Source: a virus
Length of the DNA: 64,000 nt
IMG/VR virus record: IMGVR_UViG_3300030103_004816
Reading direction: 5' to 3' (one strand)
Position numbers and translations under genes: made by a program. Below the pieces are notes generated by a model that saw only the letters and a program-made list of their open reading frames with translations, searched no databases and had not been told where the DNA came from. Below are positions 38,063 through 46,796 of this stretch, piece after piece; positions within the stretch are counted from its first letter, which is position 1; the number at the start of each line of letters is the position of its first letter.

Positions 38063-38802
38063 TATCCTTTTCCTCCAGCATACTGCTGTTGTAGCATGAT
38101 ATCATCGAAGAACTCCTTCTTAACATCAGCATCATTAAATCTACCTTTGAGTACGGTAGTCTGGGTTAGAGAAGAATGAGCCATAATACCTCTATTCTCA
38201 CAACAACCATGAACTGCATGAATATAAACAGCTAGGTCTTCAGTCCCAGTTGCAGCTTGCAGCTCTTTTACAATTTCATTACATAATTGTTCTTGCAAAG
38301 TACCTCTTCTAGCTACCCATTGAGCTATTCTAGTATACTTTGATAATCCTATAACCATTTTATCAGGTATAATACCAATATAAGCTATACCTACTACAGG
38401 TTGATGATGATGAGAGCACATAGATCTAAGTTCAGATCTTACTACTAACATTCCATCATACTTATTATCATCTTCATTAGGGAATGCAGTAGCAGCAGGC
38501 TTCTCAAAATAACGACCTCTCATTAGCTCGTTAATATACATCTTAGCTAAACGTCTAGGAGTACCCATAGCATTAGGATCGTTCTTCCAATCAATAAGTA
38601 ATCTAGTAAGCACTTCTTCAAATGCTTCCGATACTTCGTCTATAAGTTTATCTCTACCAGACTCGGTAAGAATTTCTGCTATATTATCATTAGACCAGGC
38701 TCGTAAGCCTTTCTCTTTTATCATCTTCCAATATAGCTCATGTACTTTATTATCAGTCATAGCTGTATTATAACCTATTTGCTTATCACTTTCAACTGTC
38801 AT
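38062..38802 (-). CDS. folE: GTP cyclohydrolase I
   Basis: TPRR, SMCSHH, GLSK..R, LQE, HGC...RG. Confidence 0.96.
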   Translation of the reverse strand: MTVESDKQIGYNTAMTDNKVHELYWKMIKEKGLRAWSNDNIAEILTESGRDKLIDEVSEAFEEVLTRLLIDWKNDPNAMGTPRRLAKMYINELMRGRYFEKPAATAFPNEDDNKYDGMLVVRSELRSMCSHHHQPVVGIAYIGIIPDKMVIGLSKYTRIAQWVARRGTLQEQLCNEIVKELQAATGTEDLAVYIHAVHGCCENRGIMAHSSLTQTTVLKGRFNDADVKKEFFDDIMLQQQYAGGKG

Positions 38803-39250
38803 TTGGTTCTCTCCTATAAATAGCTGAATTAGCACCATGCTCCATTACTTCACAAGATACACAATAGCATCTTCCACCTGATTTTCTTTCGACTACTTCA
38901 TTAGCTTTTACCCATGCATGATATGCAAACTTTTCGCATCCTACTCCATCCATAATAACTATGTCTATTAGTCCTTTTTTATCTAATAATATAAAATCAT
39001 CCATAGCTGGATCATCTTTATCTACAGCAGTCTTATGATCAAAATTATCTTTAAGCCATTTTTTTAGCTCTCCTAGATCACCAAAATCAACTGCCCAGTT
39101 CTTATTATCTAATTCTGTAGCCGCAAAGACAAACCTAAATGCTAAAGCATAACCATGTATAAGACTACAATGACTATGCGTAGCATTAGGCTGTCTGAAA
39201 GCACATGAGAGGCCTGACTCATGCCCGTATGTTTTTGTACTTAAATACAT
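38792..39250 (-). CDS. queD: 6-carboxytetrahydropterin synthase
   Basis: HCSLIHGY, VDFGDL, FDH, GCE. Confidence 0.92.
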   Translation of the reverse strand: MYLSTKTYGHESGLSCAFRQPNATHSHCSLIHGYALAFRFVFAATELDNKNWAVDFGDLGELKKWLKDNFDHKTAVDKDDPAMDDFILLDKKGLIDIVIMDGVGCEKFAYHAWVKANEVVERKSGGRCYCVSCEVMEHGANSAIYRREPNDS

Positions 39251-39622
39251 CTATGCTCCTATAATGTAAATTATTAATGCGTAAGTTAAAAAATGTAGAT
39301 ACTGATCAACGCCTTGAAGTATCCAATAATATGTTTGACTATCAGTTAGTTTATATTTTTTCCATATATTACTTTTTACGTAATCAATATGGTAATGAAT
39401 AACACCATCTATTATAGCTAATATAACTGCTAAAAAGTTACTTACTAAAAAAGGTATTAAAACTAACGCTGTTCCTATAGCGTGTGAGCTCGCATGAGCT
39501 ATTCCACCAGGTGCTCCATATTCAGATTTATCTCTTATCATCCACATACGTTGCAAAAAATAATCCGCTATAGTATGCTTAAGCATTAATAAAATAAATA
39601 CTAATAATAATTGTTCATACAT
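39251..39622 (-). CDS. DUF3307-like membrane protein
   Basis: H..ADY.LQ, H...H, HYHIDY.K, DQYLH. Confidence 0.8.
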   Translation of the reverse strand: MYEQLLLVFILLMLKHTIADYFLQRMWMIRDKSEYGAPGGIAHASSHAIGTALVLIPFLVSNFLAVILAIIDGVIHYHIDYVKSNIWKKYKLTDSQTYYWILQGVDQYLHFLTYALIIYIIGA

Positions 39623-39624
39623 AA

Positions 39625-40095
39625 TCACTTGTCCTCCCACCAGAACTTATACCAGCTCTTCTCCTTTGAGCGTTGTATAGATAGGTCAAAAAAATCAACC
39701 ATCAGTTCTTGATCTGAATTATAAATTAAAGAAGCAATACTTATATTATCTTTAGGAAAATCGCCCCAAGATTCAAAGAGCGTTTTGATAGTTTGACCTG
39801 AGTCAACTATATCATCTATTATAAGATACTTTGCTCCATTATTCAAGTCTTCTGGTATCCATTCTACTATTTCTTTTTCACCAGAATCCCTCGTTGACCA
39901 TACTAAAGGTGTTACTGGTATATCTAACTTATGAGATAGAAACACTGCAGGTATTAAACCACCTCTAGATAATCCTATTATTCTACTATAAGGACTTCCT
40001 ACAGCCATTATATTGTTGTATATCTTTTCGATACCTTCTTCAAACGCTTCATGACCGTAAACGATCTCTTTCTTTTTAAACATAATATTACTCAC
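39625..40095 (-). CDS. Purine phosphoribosyltransferase (Gpt-like)
   Basis: GLSRGGLIPA, LIIDDIVDSGQT PRPP motif, FWWE terminus. Confidence 0.9.
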   Translation of the reverse strand: MSNIMFKKKEIVYGHEAFEEGIEKIYNNIMAVGSPYSRIIGLSRGGLIPAVFLSHKLDIPVTPLVWSTRDSGEKEIVEWIPEDLNNGAKYLIIDDIVDSGQTIKTLFESWGDFPKDNISIASLIYNSDQELMVDFFDLSIQRSKEKSWYKFWWEDK

Positions 40096-41113
40096 TTAAA
40101 AATTTTACTCTGTCTCCAAATCCTTTAATTATTTTTAATTCCTCTAAAGGTTTGTGGTTATCACCTCTCTTCTCATCATCTGCATAGTGATGTTCAGTTC
40201 TATCCCACCAATCGAAGCCATGGAGCCAGACTTCATAATTCTGTTTTAAATAATAATCTATTGCTATAAGACCAGTACTTGGAGCTTTTAGCCCGTAGTA
40301 GTTAAAGTCTTCTATTTTATGAACCACTTTTCTTCTATCAGTTAATTTTTTAAATAGATCACATTCATTTTCATTAAACCAGCTATGGCAAATGACATTA
40401 TCAAATTCATTAATATCTTCTATATGTTTATCCATGCAAGTAAACCATACATTAGTTTTACTGCCTGTATACTTTTCGTATCCTTTAGTAGTAAAAGAAT
40501 TAAATCTTACTACTTCATCAAATGAATCTATTTCTTCTCCTAACTCTTTATCAAGAATAGAAGTTCCGTTACCTACTAATAAAACTTTCTTTTGTTTAGT
40601 ATACCAAGTAACTAATACTAATCTTTTTCCTTTAGTAACTTTACTTACACTATGAAATACATTATGTTCATATTCAATAGTCTCACCAACTTCTTGTTTA
40701 ACTATTACAGGTATAATTGGATCACCTGGAGTATAATCACCGTCTCTATATCTATTAAGTACATCAGGAGTAACATCCCAATCAAGCTTATAGTGAGGTT
40801 CGTAAATTATAATATCACCACCCTCTAGGTCTTCTACATCTACTAATGTAATAGCAGTTTTAAATATCTCATCATTATTATCCGTATGAAGTCTAGTAAA
40901 AGAGTTTACTGGATACTCTAAAAAATATTGAGAGTATATGCTAAATCCATCTCTATTGAATTCTTGCATCCAATTATCTCTAGGTATATCTGCTTTATAG
41001 AGATAATGCAAATTATAATATCTTTTTACTTTCTGTTTTTCAAGACTATTATATAAGTTTTTTAAAACTTCAATATCTACAGGTGTACTTACTTGCTTAT
41101 AATAATCAGACAC
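40088..41113 (-). CDS. Fusion of 2OG-Fe(II) oxygenase and GT29 (sialyltransferase-like) domain
   Basis: HTD...GG...HSVSKVTKGKRLVLVTW, then VGNG...LGEEIDSFDEVVRFN...GSKT, PSTG, GFD, HY...H. Confidence 0.8.
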   Translation of the reverse strand: MSDYYKQVSTPVDIEVLKNLYNSLEKQKVKRYYNLHYLYKADIPRDNWMQEFNRDGFSIYSQYFLEYPVNSFTRLHTDNNDEIFKTAITLVDVEDLEGGDIIIYEPHYKLDWDVTPDVLNRYRDGDYTPGDPIIPVIVKQEVGETIEYEHNVFHSVSKVTKGKRLVLVTWYTKQKKVLLVGNGTSILDKELGEEIDSFDEVVRFNSFTTKGYEKYTGSKTNVWFTCMDKHIEDINEFDNVICHSWFNENECDLFKKLTDRRKVVHKIEDFNYYGLKAPSTGLIAIDYYLKQNYEVWLHGFDWWDRTEHHYADDEKRGDNHKPLEELKIIKGFGDRVKFLSE

Positions 41114-41993
41114 CTATTAGGTTCCCCCATAAGTAAGTATGTACTCTAGCTGATACATTATAACCTCTCTGAAATGCTTCTTTAGCTACATCACCATCAC
41201 ATAGCTTCTGACCTTCTACTGTAGCTCCTACAGGCATAATCCATATAGGCCAATCTACATGATAGTCTCTAAACATCTCTATAGTTTCTTCTAACTCTTT
41301 CCAAGTTTCTGGTTTGCCATCAACAACAAATTTAAGCTGACCTCTATTAGTAAACATCTGATATCGTTCTACTACTTCAGGTCTTATAGCTCTTTTTCTT
41401 AGCTCACCAGATACATTATGTAATTTAGGACTGCATGATATAAATAGTTCACTGCCCCATACATCTCTATACTCCTGCCAGAACTCTATTACTTCAGGTC
41501 TTATAGTTTGAGTACCATTAGTTTCATAAGTAACATACCTAGGATAATCTCGTTCTTCTATCCAATGCTTCATCATATTCATACTACATATTTGAGCATG
41601 CTTCATAAAAGGTTCACCACCAGTAAAACACATATGTCTTTCACCCCATCTACCTTTATTATATTTGTTAGTAAACGCATCTCTTACTTTATTAGCTATT
41701 TCTACAGCAGTACCATTATGAGTTAAATGCTTAAATTTTTTAGACCATGAATAAGAACTATCACAGCCAAATTCCCAGACGGGTAAATCTTCCATACGAT
41801 TAACTTCTATTATATCAAAGTCTTTATATGGTAGTTTATAAGTAGAAGGATCAGTAGGGTCATCTTGACCGAAACCATTACATTGTAAGTTACATAAAAA
41901 GAATCTTAACCATGCGGTAGGATATCCAGTATAATGACCTTCACCTTGAATAGAATCAAATATTTCAGAATAAGCGTATGTTTGTTCGCTCAT
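41106..41993 (-). CDS. queE: 7-carboxy-7-deazaguanine synthase (radical SAM)
   Basis: EIFDSIQGEG, CNLQC...CDS, TGGEP, ETNGT, SPKL, RVH. Confidence 0.94.
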   Translation of the reverse strand: MSEQTYAYSEIFDSIQGEGHYTGYPTAWLRFFLCNLQCNGFGQDDPTDPSTYKLPYKDFDIIEVNRMEDLPVWEFGCDSSYSWSKKFKHLTHNGTAVEIANKVRDAFTNKYNKGRWGERHMCFTGGEPFMKHAQICSMNMMKHWIEERDYPRYVTYETNGTQTIRPEVIEFWQEYRDVWGSELFISCSPKLHNVSGELRKRAIRPEVVERYQMFTNRGQLKFVVDGKPETWKELEETIEMFRDYHVDWPIWIMPVGATVEGQKLCDGDVAKEAFQRGYNVSARVHTYLWGNLIGV

Positions 41994-42526
41994 AGTTCCT
42001 CTTTAATTTGTTTAACCCAATCCATTATTCTAAACGGAGAGAGTGTTGGTTCGTTATCTTCATCTATAGCTAATCCATAAAAGGTGTTCTCATCTTTAAG
42101 TCCGTTAGACTTATCAAATTTAAAACCTTGAGTAGAAGTTAGCCCTATCAACCTTCCGCCATTCTTTAAAACTACTTCAGCTAACATACCTAATCCATCT
42201 ACAAAATTATCTGCATACCCTACTTGGTCTCCTAGACCATATAAAGCAACAGTTTGTCCGGTAAAATCTATCTTGCTAAATCTTTCATAAGATTCATTCC
42301 AATCATCAGAATATTCGCCATAAGTATCTAGTCTTGGTTCACACCAAGTTGGAGTTCCAAGTATAAGCAAGTCAGCTCTCCAATCATCAGGAGAGGTATG
42401 ATCTACTTTTACTAGGGAATATGTTTTAGGTTTGAAATGAGTTATTATATCTTCACCGATTGACTTAGTAAAGCCAGTTTCAGTACCATATATTAACTTT
42501 AAATTTATCTCGGACTTGAGATCCAT
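41990..42526 (-). CDS. fldA: Long-chain flavodoxin
   Basis: GTETGFT, GTPTW, GLGDQVGYADNFVDG, GLAIDEDN. Confidence 0.93.
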   Translation of the reverse strand: MDLKSEINLKLIYGTETGFTKSIGEDIITHFKPKTYSLVKVDHTSPDDWRADLLILGTPTWCEPRLDTYGEYSDDWNESYERFSKIDFTGQTVALYGLGDQVGYADNFVDGLGMLAEVVLKNGGRLIGLTSTQGFKFDKSNGLKDENTFYGLAIDEDNEPTLSPFRIMDWVKQIKEEL

Positions 42527-42531
42527 ATAAG

Positions 42532-42567
42532 CTCCTAGTTTTATTTAAAATGTGGAAGGGCACATTT
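42532..42567 (-). promoter_or_regulatory. Leader hairpin with A-rich tail, reminiscent of preQ1-I riboswitch
   Basis: AAATGTG-CCCTTC-CACATTT-TAAATAAAACTAGGAG directly upstream of flavodoxin-queE. Confidence 0.35.
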
Positions 42568-42573
42568 GATATT

Positions 42574-43098
42574 CTATTTAGCTAATCTAGCTGCCTTCTT
42601 TATTAATCTTAATACTTTTTTCCATTTACGTTTAAATCTTTCTAAATGTATAGGATGAGCACGAGTAAAATATTCAATTCCATTTAGGTGATCTAACTCA
42701 TGCTGAAAAACTCTTGCGGCCATACCATCAAACTTTTTAGTACAGACATTCCCATATGGGTCTTTAAATCTTACCCTAATAAATCTTGGTCTTTTTATTT
42801 TTACATAAACACCAGGATAGGATAAACATCCTTCATCCATAGTTATATCTTCTTCGCCGAAGTATGTTATAACCGGATTATAGCAAACCATAGGAGGTTC
42901 TGAATACATACAAAACACTCTTGCTTGTACTCCTATCTGGTTAGCCGCAAGCCCTACACCCTTACCATCTTTCATAGCATTTATAAGTGTATGAGATAAC
43001 TCAACTGGGTCAGTAGAAGGGTTATCAAAATCAAAGTCAGGCATCACTGCTCTGAGCATATCATTATTATCACCTATTGGTATTATAGTTTTACTCAT
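42574..43098 (-). CDS. def: Peptide deformylase
   Basis: GVGLAANQIG, EGCLS, QHELDHLNG. Confidence 0.95.
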   Translation of the reverse strand: MSKTIIPIGDNNDMLRAVMPDFDFDNPSTDPVELSHTLINAMKDGKGVGLAANQIGVQARVFCMYSEPPMVCYNPVITYFGEEDITMDEGCLSYPGVYVKIKRPRFIRVRFKDPYGNVCTKKFDGMAARVFQHELDHLNGIEYFTRAHPIHLERFKRKWKKVLRLIKKAARLAK

Positions 43099-44810
43099 TA
43101 TGCTATTCTAGAAAAGGATTTAACTTTCTCAAACTTAATTACGTTTGTAAATTTATCTATAAGGGTATCACCTTTATGACTTATTATAAACACGTTAGTA
43201 TCAGAAGTCAACTCCTTTAAGAGTTTTAAAAACTCATCAGTACCTGAAGCATCTAAAGATGAATCAAATACTTCATCCATTATTAATAAATTAGTAGATG
43301 CACTATTTCTAATCTTAGCTATAGATCTCCAAGTAAATAAAAGAGCTAAATCTATTCTCATTTTTTCACCTTCAGAAAAAGAAGCATAAGAGAAATCATC
43401 TCTAAATCTAGATCTTATAGTTTCGTTAAACGATTCATCTAATTCAAACTGAACAAAGAAGTCCATGGCAGCAAGATACTTATTAATTAACTTATTCATA
43501 ATAGGTACATATTGTCTTATTATCTTAGTTTTTATTCCTGAATCTTTTAGTATAGTAGATACAACTCCTAATACATTTCTCTTATTTACTTCTTCTACTT
43601 TTATTAATAAGTTACTTTCTTTTTTCTTTTCAAAGGTATCGAGTTGCTTTAAGTTCTTAGCTTTATTTCCGCCAACATCTTTTAAGTTAGCATTCTCTTC
43701 TAGGAGTTTATTAATACTATCATTCAACGTTCTCTCTTTCCACGAGAGCTCTTTAATAGTATTCTGCAAAGAAATGACCTCTTGTTGACTAGTCATTATT
43801 TCTTCCATTCTATCTTCAGCTGATTTAAGTTCTTCTTGCAGCTTCTCGATACCTTCATTAATCTCTTCTACTTTTTTATTATGATCACAAACAATCTCTT
43901 CTTTAAACTCTGCATCTATATCTTGACCACAAGCATCACAGCTATCATTCTCTTCATAAAAGACTACTCTCTTCTTTAAATCTAATATTTTACTGTTAAG
44001 CTTTACTCTTACTTCTTTTAGTTTTTCATATCGAGATTTGACTGTATTCTGATCGTCTATACTCTTATTAAGATCATCTACTTTAGTAGCTAAATCATTA
44101 GATGTCCCTTGCAGAGCCTTTATCTCCCGCTTATTTTCTTCGACCGTAGATAGATTACTCTGTATCTTAGAATTGTTATCAGCTTCAAGGCTCTCCAAGT
44201 GCTCTTCAGTTAGAGCAATCTTCTCTTCTAACATTTTAACTGTATATTCTACTTCAGTTAATTCCTTTTCATTAGAGTTTATTCTATCTTTAAGTAGAGT
44301 ATTCATAGTAGAGAATATTTGAAGGTCTAATAAGTCTTCTATAACTTCTCTTCTATGCATAGATGAAAGCTGCATGAATGGTATAAAAGAAGTAGAACCT
44401 AATACTACTACTTGACTGAAAGCTTTATGAGTTAGTTTTATTATCTGCTTTTCAAGAAACTCTTGATAGTCTCTAGCATTAGCATCTTGATTAATTAGTT
44501 CACCATTCTGCCATATTTCAAATATATTAGGTTTAGCTGCTCTTACTATCTTATAGATATGCTTACCTACTTGAAATACTAATTCAACCCTCATATCTTT
44601 CTTATTGATAGAGTTAATTAATTGACTTTTATTTACTTTACGAAATGGTTTACCATATAGTGCAAATGATAAAGCATCAAGGAAGGTTGATTTACCAGCA
44701 CCATTATCACCTATTACTAATGTAGTAGGGTTTCTATCGAGCTGTAATTCAGTATATACATTACCAGTAGAAAGAAAGTTTTTCCACTTTAGAGTTTTAA
44801 ATTTTATCAA
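43098..44810 (-). CDS. 46: Recombination ATPase gp46 (Rad50/SbcC-like)
   Basis: GDNGAGKST, CDAC hook, FSEGEK, LIMDEVFD. Confidence 0.97.
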   Translation of the reverse strand: MIKFKTLKWKNFLSTGNVYTELQLDRNPTTLVIGDNGAGKSTFLDALSFALYGKPFRKVNKSQLINSINKKDMRVELVFQVGKHIYKIVRAAKPNIFEIWQNGELINQDANARDYQEFLEKQIIKLTHKAFSQVVVLGSTSFIPFMQLSSMHRREVIEDLLDLQIFSTMNTLLKDRINSNEKELTEVEYTVKMLEEKIALTEEHLESLEADNNSKIQSNLSTVEENKREIKALQGTSNDLATKVDDLNKSIDDQNTVKSRYEKLKEVRVKLNSKILDLKKRVVFYEENDSCDACGQDIDAEFKEEIVCDHNKKVEEINEGIEKLQEELKSAEDRMEEIMTSQQEVISLQNTIKELSWKERTLNDSINKLLEENANLKDVGGNKAKNLKQLDTFEKKKESNLLIKVEEVNKRNVLGVVSTILKDSGIKTKIIRQYVPIMNKLINKYLAAMDFFVQFELDESFNETIRSRFRDDFSYASFSEGEKMRIDLALLFTWRSIAKIRNSASTNLLIMDEVFDSSLDASGTDEFLKLLKELTSDTNVFIISHKGDTLIDKFTNVIKFEKVKSFSRIA

Positions 44811-45865
44811 GTTATTGCTAGCGCCTCAGAGTATATTTCTCTTAAGACTTTATTCACTTCATTCTTATCTGCCTGCGTCTCAAGAGCTTCAACATAATGA
44901 TTAAGTATCGTTAATGTATCCTCAGCTTCACCTAAAATATCATCATCATCTTCTAAGTCTAAATTTAAATGATCTTCTACTATTTGTAGATGAACTGGAT
45001 TTTGTTTTTCTAATCTCTCAATGAACATATCGAACCAATAAGGATTAGTTTTATTTTTTACTATTACTTTTATATAACAGTTTTGGTATATGGTAAGGTC
45101 TTGATCTATAATATCAGTAACTACAGCATCTTCGTCATTATACCATATCTTTTTAAACATAGTATTAGGGTTATGTATAAACTCTAATTCTCTTTTATCT
45201 AAATCAAATACATGAAAGCCTTTCTGATCGTCTGCATCAGCCCAGGTCATCTCAAAAGGACATCCAAGATAGTTTACATTACCTTGCTCTGATTTAGTAT
45301 GATAATGTCCAGTACATACAAGATCAAACTTCTTTAGCCAATCATCTTTCATACCGTGGTAGATAGATTGCCCTTTATACATTTGATACCCTGCTAGTTC
45401 TAGATGACCAAATAGAATAGGACACTTAGTTTCTTCTACCTTCTTAAATATTTCTTCTTCGTTACTATCACATATCCATGGTATCATAAGAATATTATTC
45501 CATTCTTTAGGCTCTTGATATGTTATAATATTATCATAATGCTCAGCCAATAAAGCTATAGAATTAAGTTGAATAGTATTTTTATAGAACGAATCATGGT
45601 TACCAACTAAAACGTGATGCTCTATATTTCTTTCTTGCAGAGGAGTAAAGAACATCTTTTTAGCTCTATCTAAAGAATAGAAGTTTACAAATTTTCTTCT
45701 ATCAAAAGTATCACCTAAGTTTATAACCGTTTTTATGTTATGTTCGTCAATATATGGAAAGAATACTTCCTCAAAAAATTTCTCTTGAAAGTCAGCTACT
45801 CTTTGATTATCATTACGAGCACCGAAATGTATATCGGTAATAATAACTACTTTATTCGTCATCAA
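44807..45865 (-). CDS. 47: Recombination nuclease gp47 (Mre11-like)
   Basis: DIHFG, GDTFD, GNHD, GHYH. Confidence 0.96.
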   Translation of the reverse strand: MMTNKVVIITDIHFGARNDNQRVADFQEKFFEEVFFPYIDEHNIKTVINLGDTFDRRKFVNFYSLDRAKKMFFTPLQERNIEHHVLVGNHDSFYKNTIQLNSIALLAEHYDNIITYQEPKEWNNILMIPWICDSNEEEIFKKVEETKCPILFGHLELAGYQMYKGQSIYHGMKDDWLKKFDLVCTGHYHTKSEQGNVNYLGCPFEMTWADADDQKGFHVFDLDKRELEFIHNPNTMFKKIWYNDEDAVVTDIIDQDLTIYQNCYIKVIVKNKTNPYWFDMFIERLEKQNPVHLQIVEDHLNLDLEDDDDILGEAEDTLTILNHYVEALETQADKNEVNKVLREIYSEALAIT

Positions 45866-46403
45866 TAAATTTTCCTAAATTTTCTTTTGCTTTTTTCTTT
45901 TCTCTTTTCTTCTTTCTATCTTCTAGTTTATCTTCAAAATTAGTAACAAACTCTTTCATATAATCAGTATCTAATCTTACTGCTATACCGCTTGTTTCAG
46001 AAGCGCTATCATGATGAGTAGTTAATTCATCTTCTATCATATGATTCTCTAATGCTTTATGCTTAACATATAGCTGTCTTTTCTCTCTTTCAATTCGTCT
46101 AAGAAAAGCATAATAAATAATCTGAGTAAAATAAGCAAATGGATTTTTACTTTTTTCAGGATCAAAATTATTAAGATAGTTTATACAGTTTTCTATTCCA
46201 TCACCAACCATTTCTTCTCTAAACATATAGTTAGCAAAGTTAGGTTTATAAGATAGTCTATTAGCAATCTGTAATAAACATTCACCAACATAATTAGGTA
46301 TTGGTGGTTTAGGCTTATCATTTTTTTCTGCTTCTAGTCTTTCAAACTTATAGTCTAATAAAACTCTATACAACTCTTTGTTGTCAACGTAGTGTTTTCC
46401 CAT
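45852..46403 (-). CDS. 55: Late sigma factor gp55
   Basis: HYVDNKE, NFDPEKSKNPFAYFTQIIYYAFLRRI. Confidence 0.96.
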   Translation of the reverse strand: MGKHYVDNKELYRVLLDYKFERLEAEKNDKPKPPIPNYVGECLLQIANRLSYKPNFANYMFREEMVGDGIENCINYLNNFDPEKSKNPFAYFTQIIYYAFLRRIEREKRQLYVKHKALENHMIEDELTTHHDSASETSGIAVRLDTDYMKEFVTNFEDKLEDRKKKREKKKAKENLGKFIDDE

Positions 46404-46796
46404 TTAATGTATCTCGGTATTTGCTAGAGTTTGATACTCTAGAAAGGCTTTCAGCTTCTCTACATCATCTTTATTGACTTTATCATCATTAGATTCTATA
46501 GTAGCCTCACCTCTTAAATTTTTCCACTTAGCAACATATCGCTGCCAATGATCTAAAACATAATTATCTATATCTTGATGTATAGATATTATATGATCTT
46601 TAAATATTTCAGTTACAATTGCATCTGAAACTGAGAACGGTGAATATACATTCTTAAAAAAATATTGTCTCTCTAAAGTAGTTAAATTTTTTGAACCAAG
46701 TTCAACAGCATCTTCTATAAGATAGGTTTGTTCAGTTTCTTCTGCGATATTTCCTATGAGTGCTGTACCATCAATAAGTTTTATGAAACTAAACAT
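46404..46796 (-). CDS. Hypothetical protein (conserved slot between uvsW and 55)
   Basis: IKLIDG..LIG N-terminus; synteny. Confidence 0.65.
   Translation of the reverse strand: MFSFIKLIDGTALIGNIAEETEQTYLIEDAVELGSKNLTTLERQYFFKNVYSPFSVSDAIVTEIFKDHIISIHQDIDNYVLDHWQRYVAKWKNLRGEATIESNDDKVNKDDVEKLKAFLEYQTLANTEIH

Noticed and set aside
42574-43098. Peptide deformylase as partner of the formyltransferase in base modification
   Set aside because: Canonical PDF motifs and a common auxiliary gene in marine T4-likes; separated from the que cluster by a promoter-like box and hairpin
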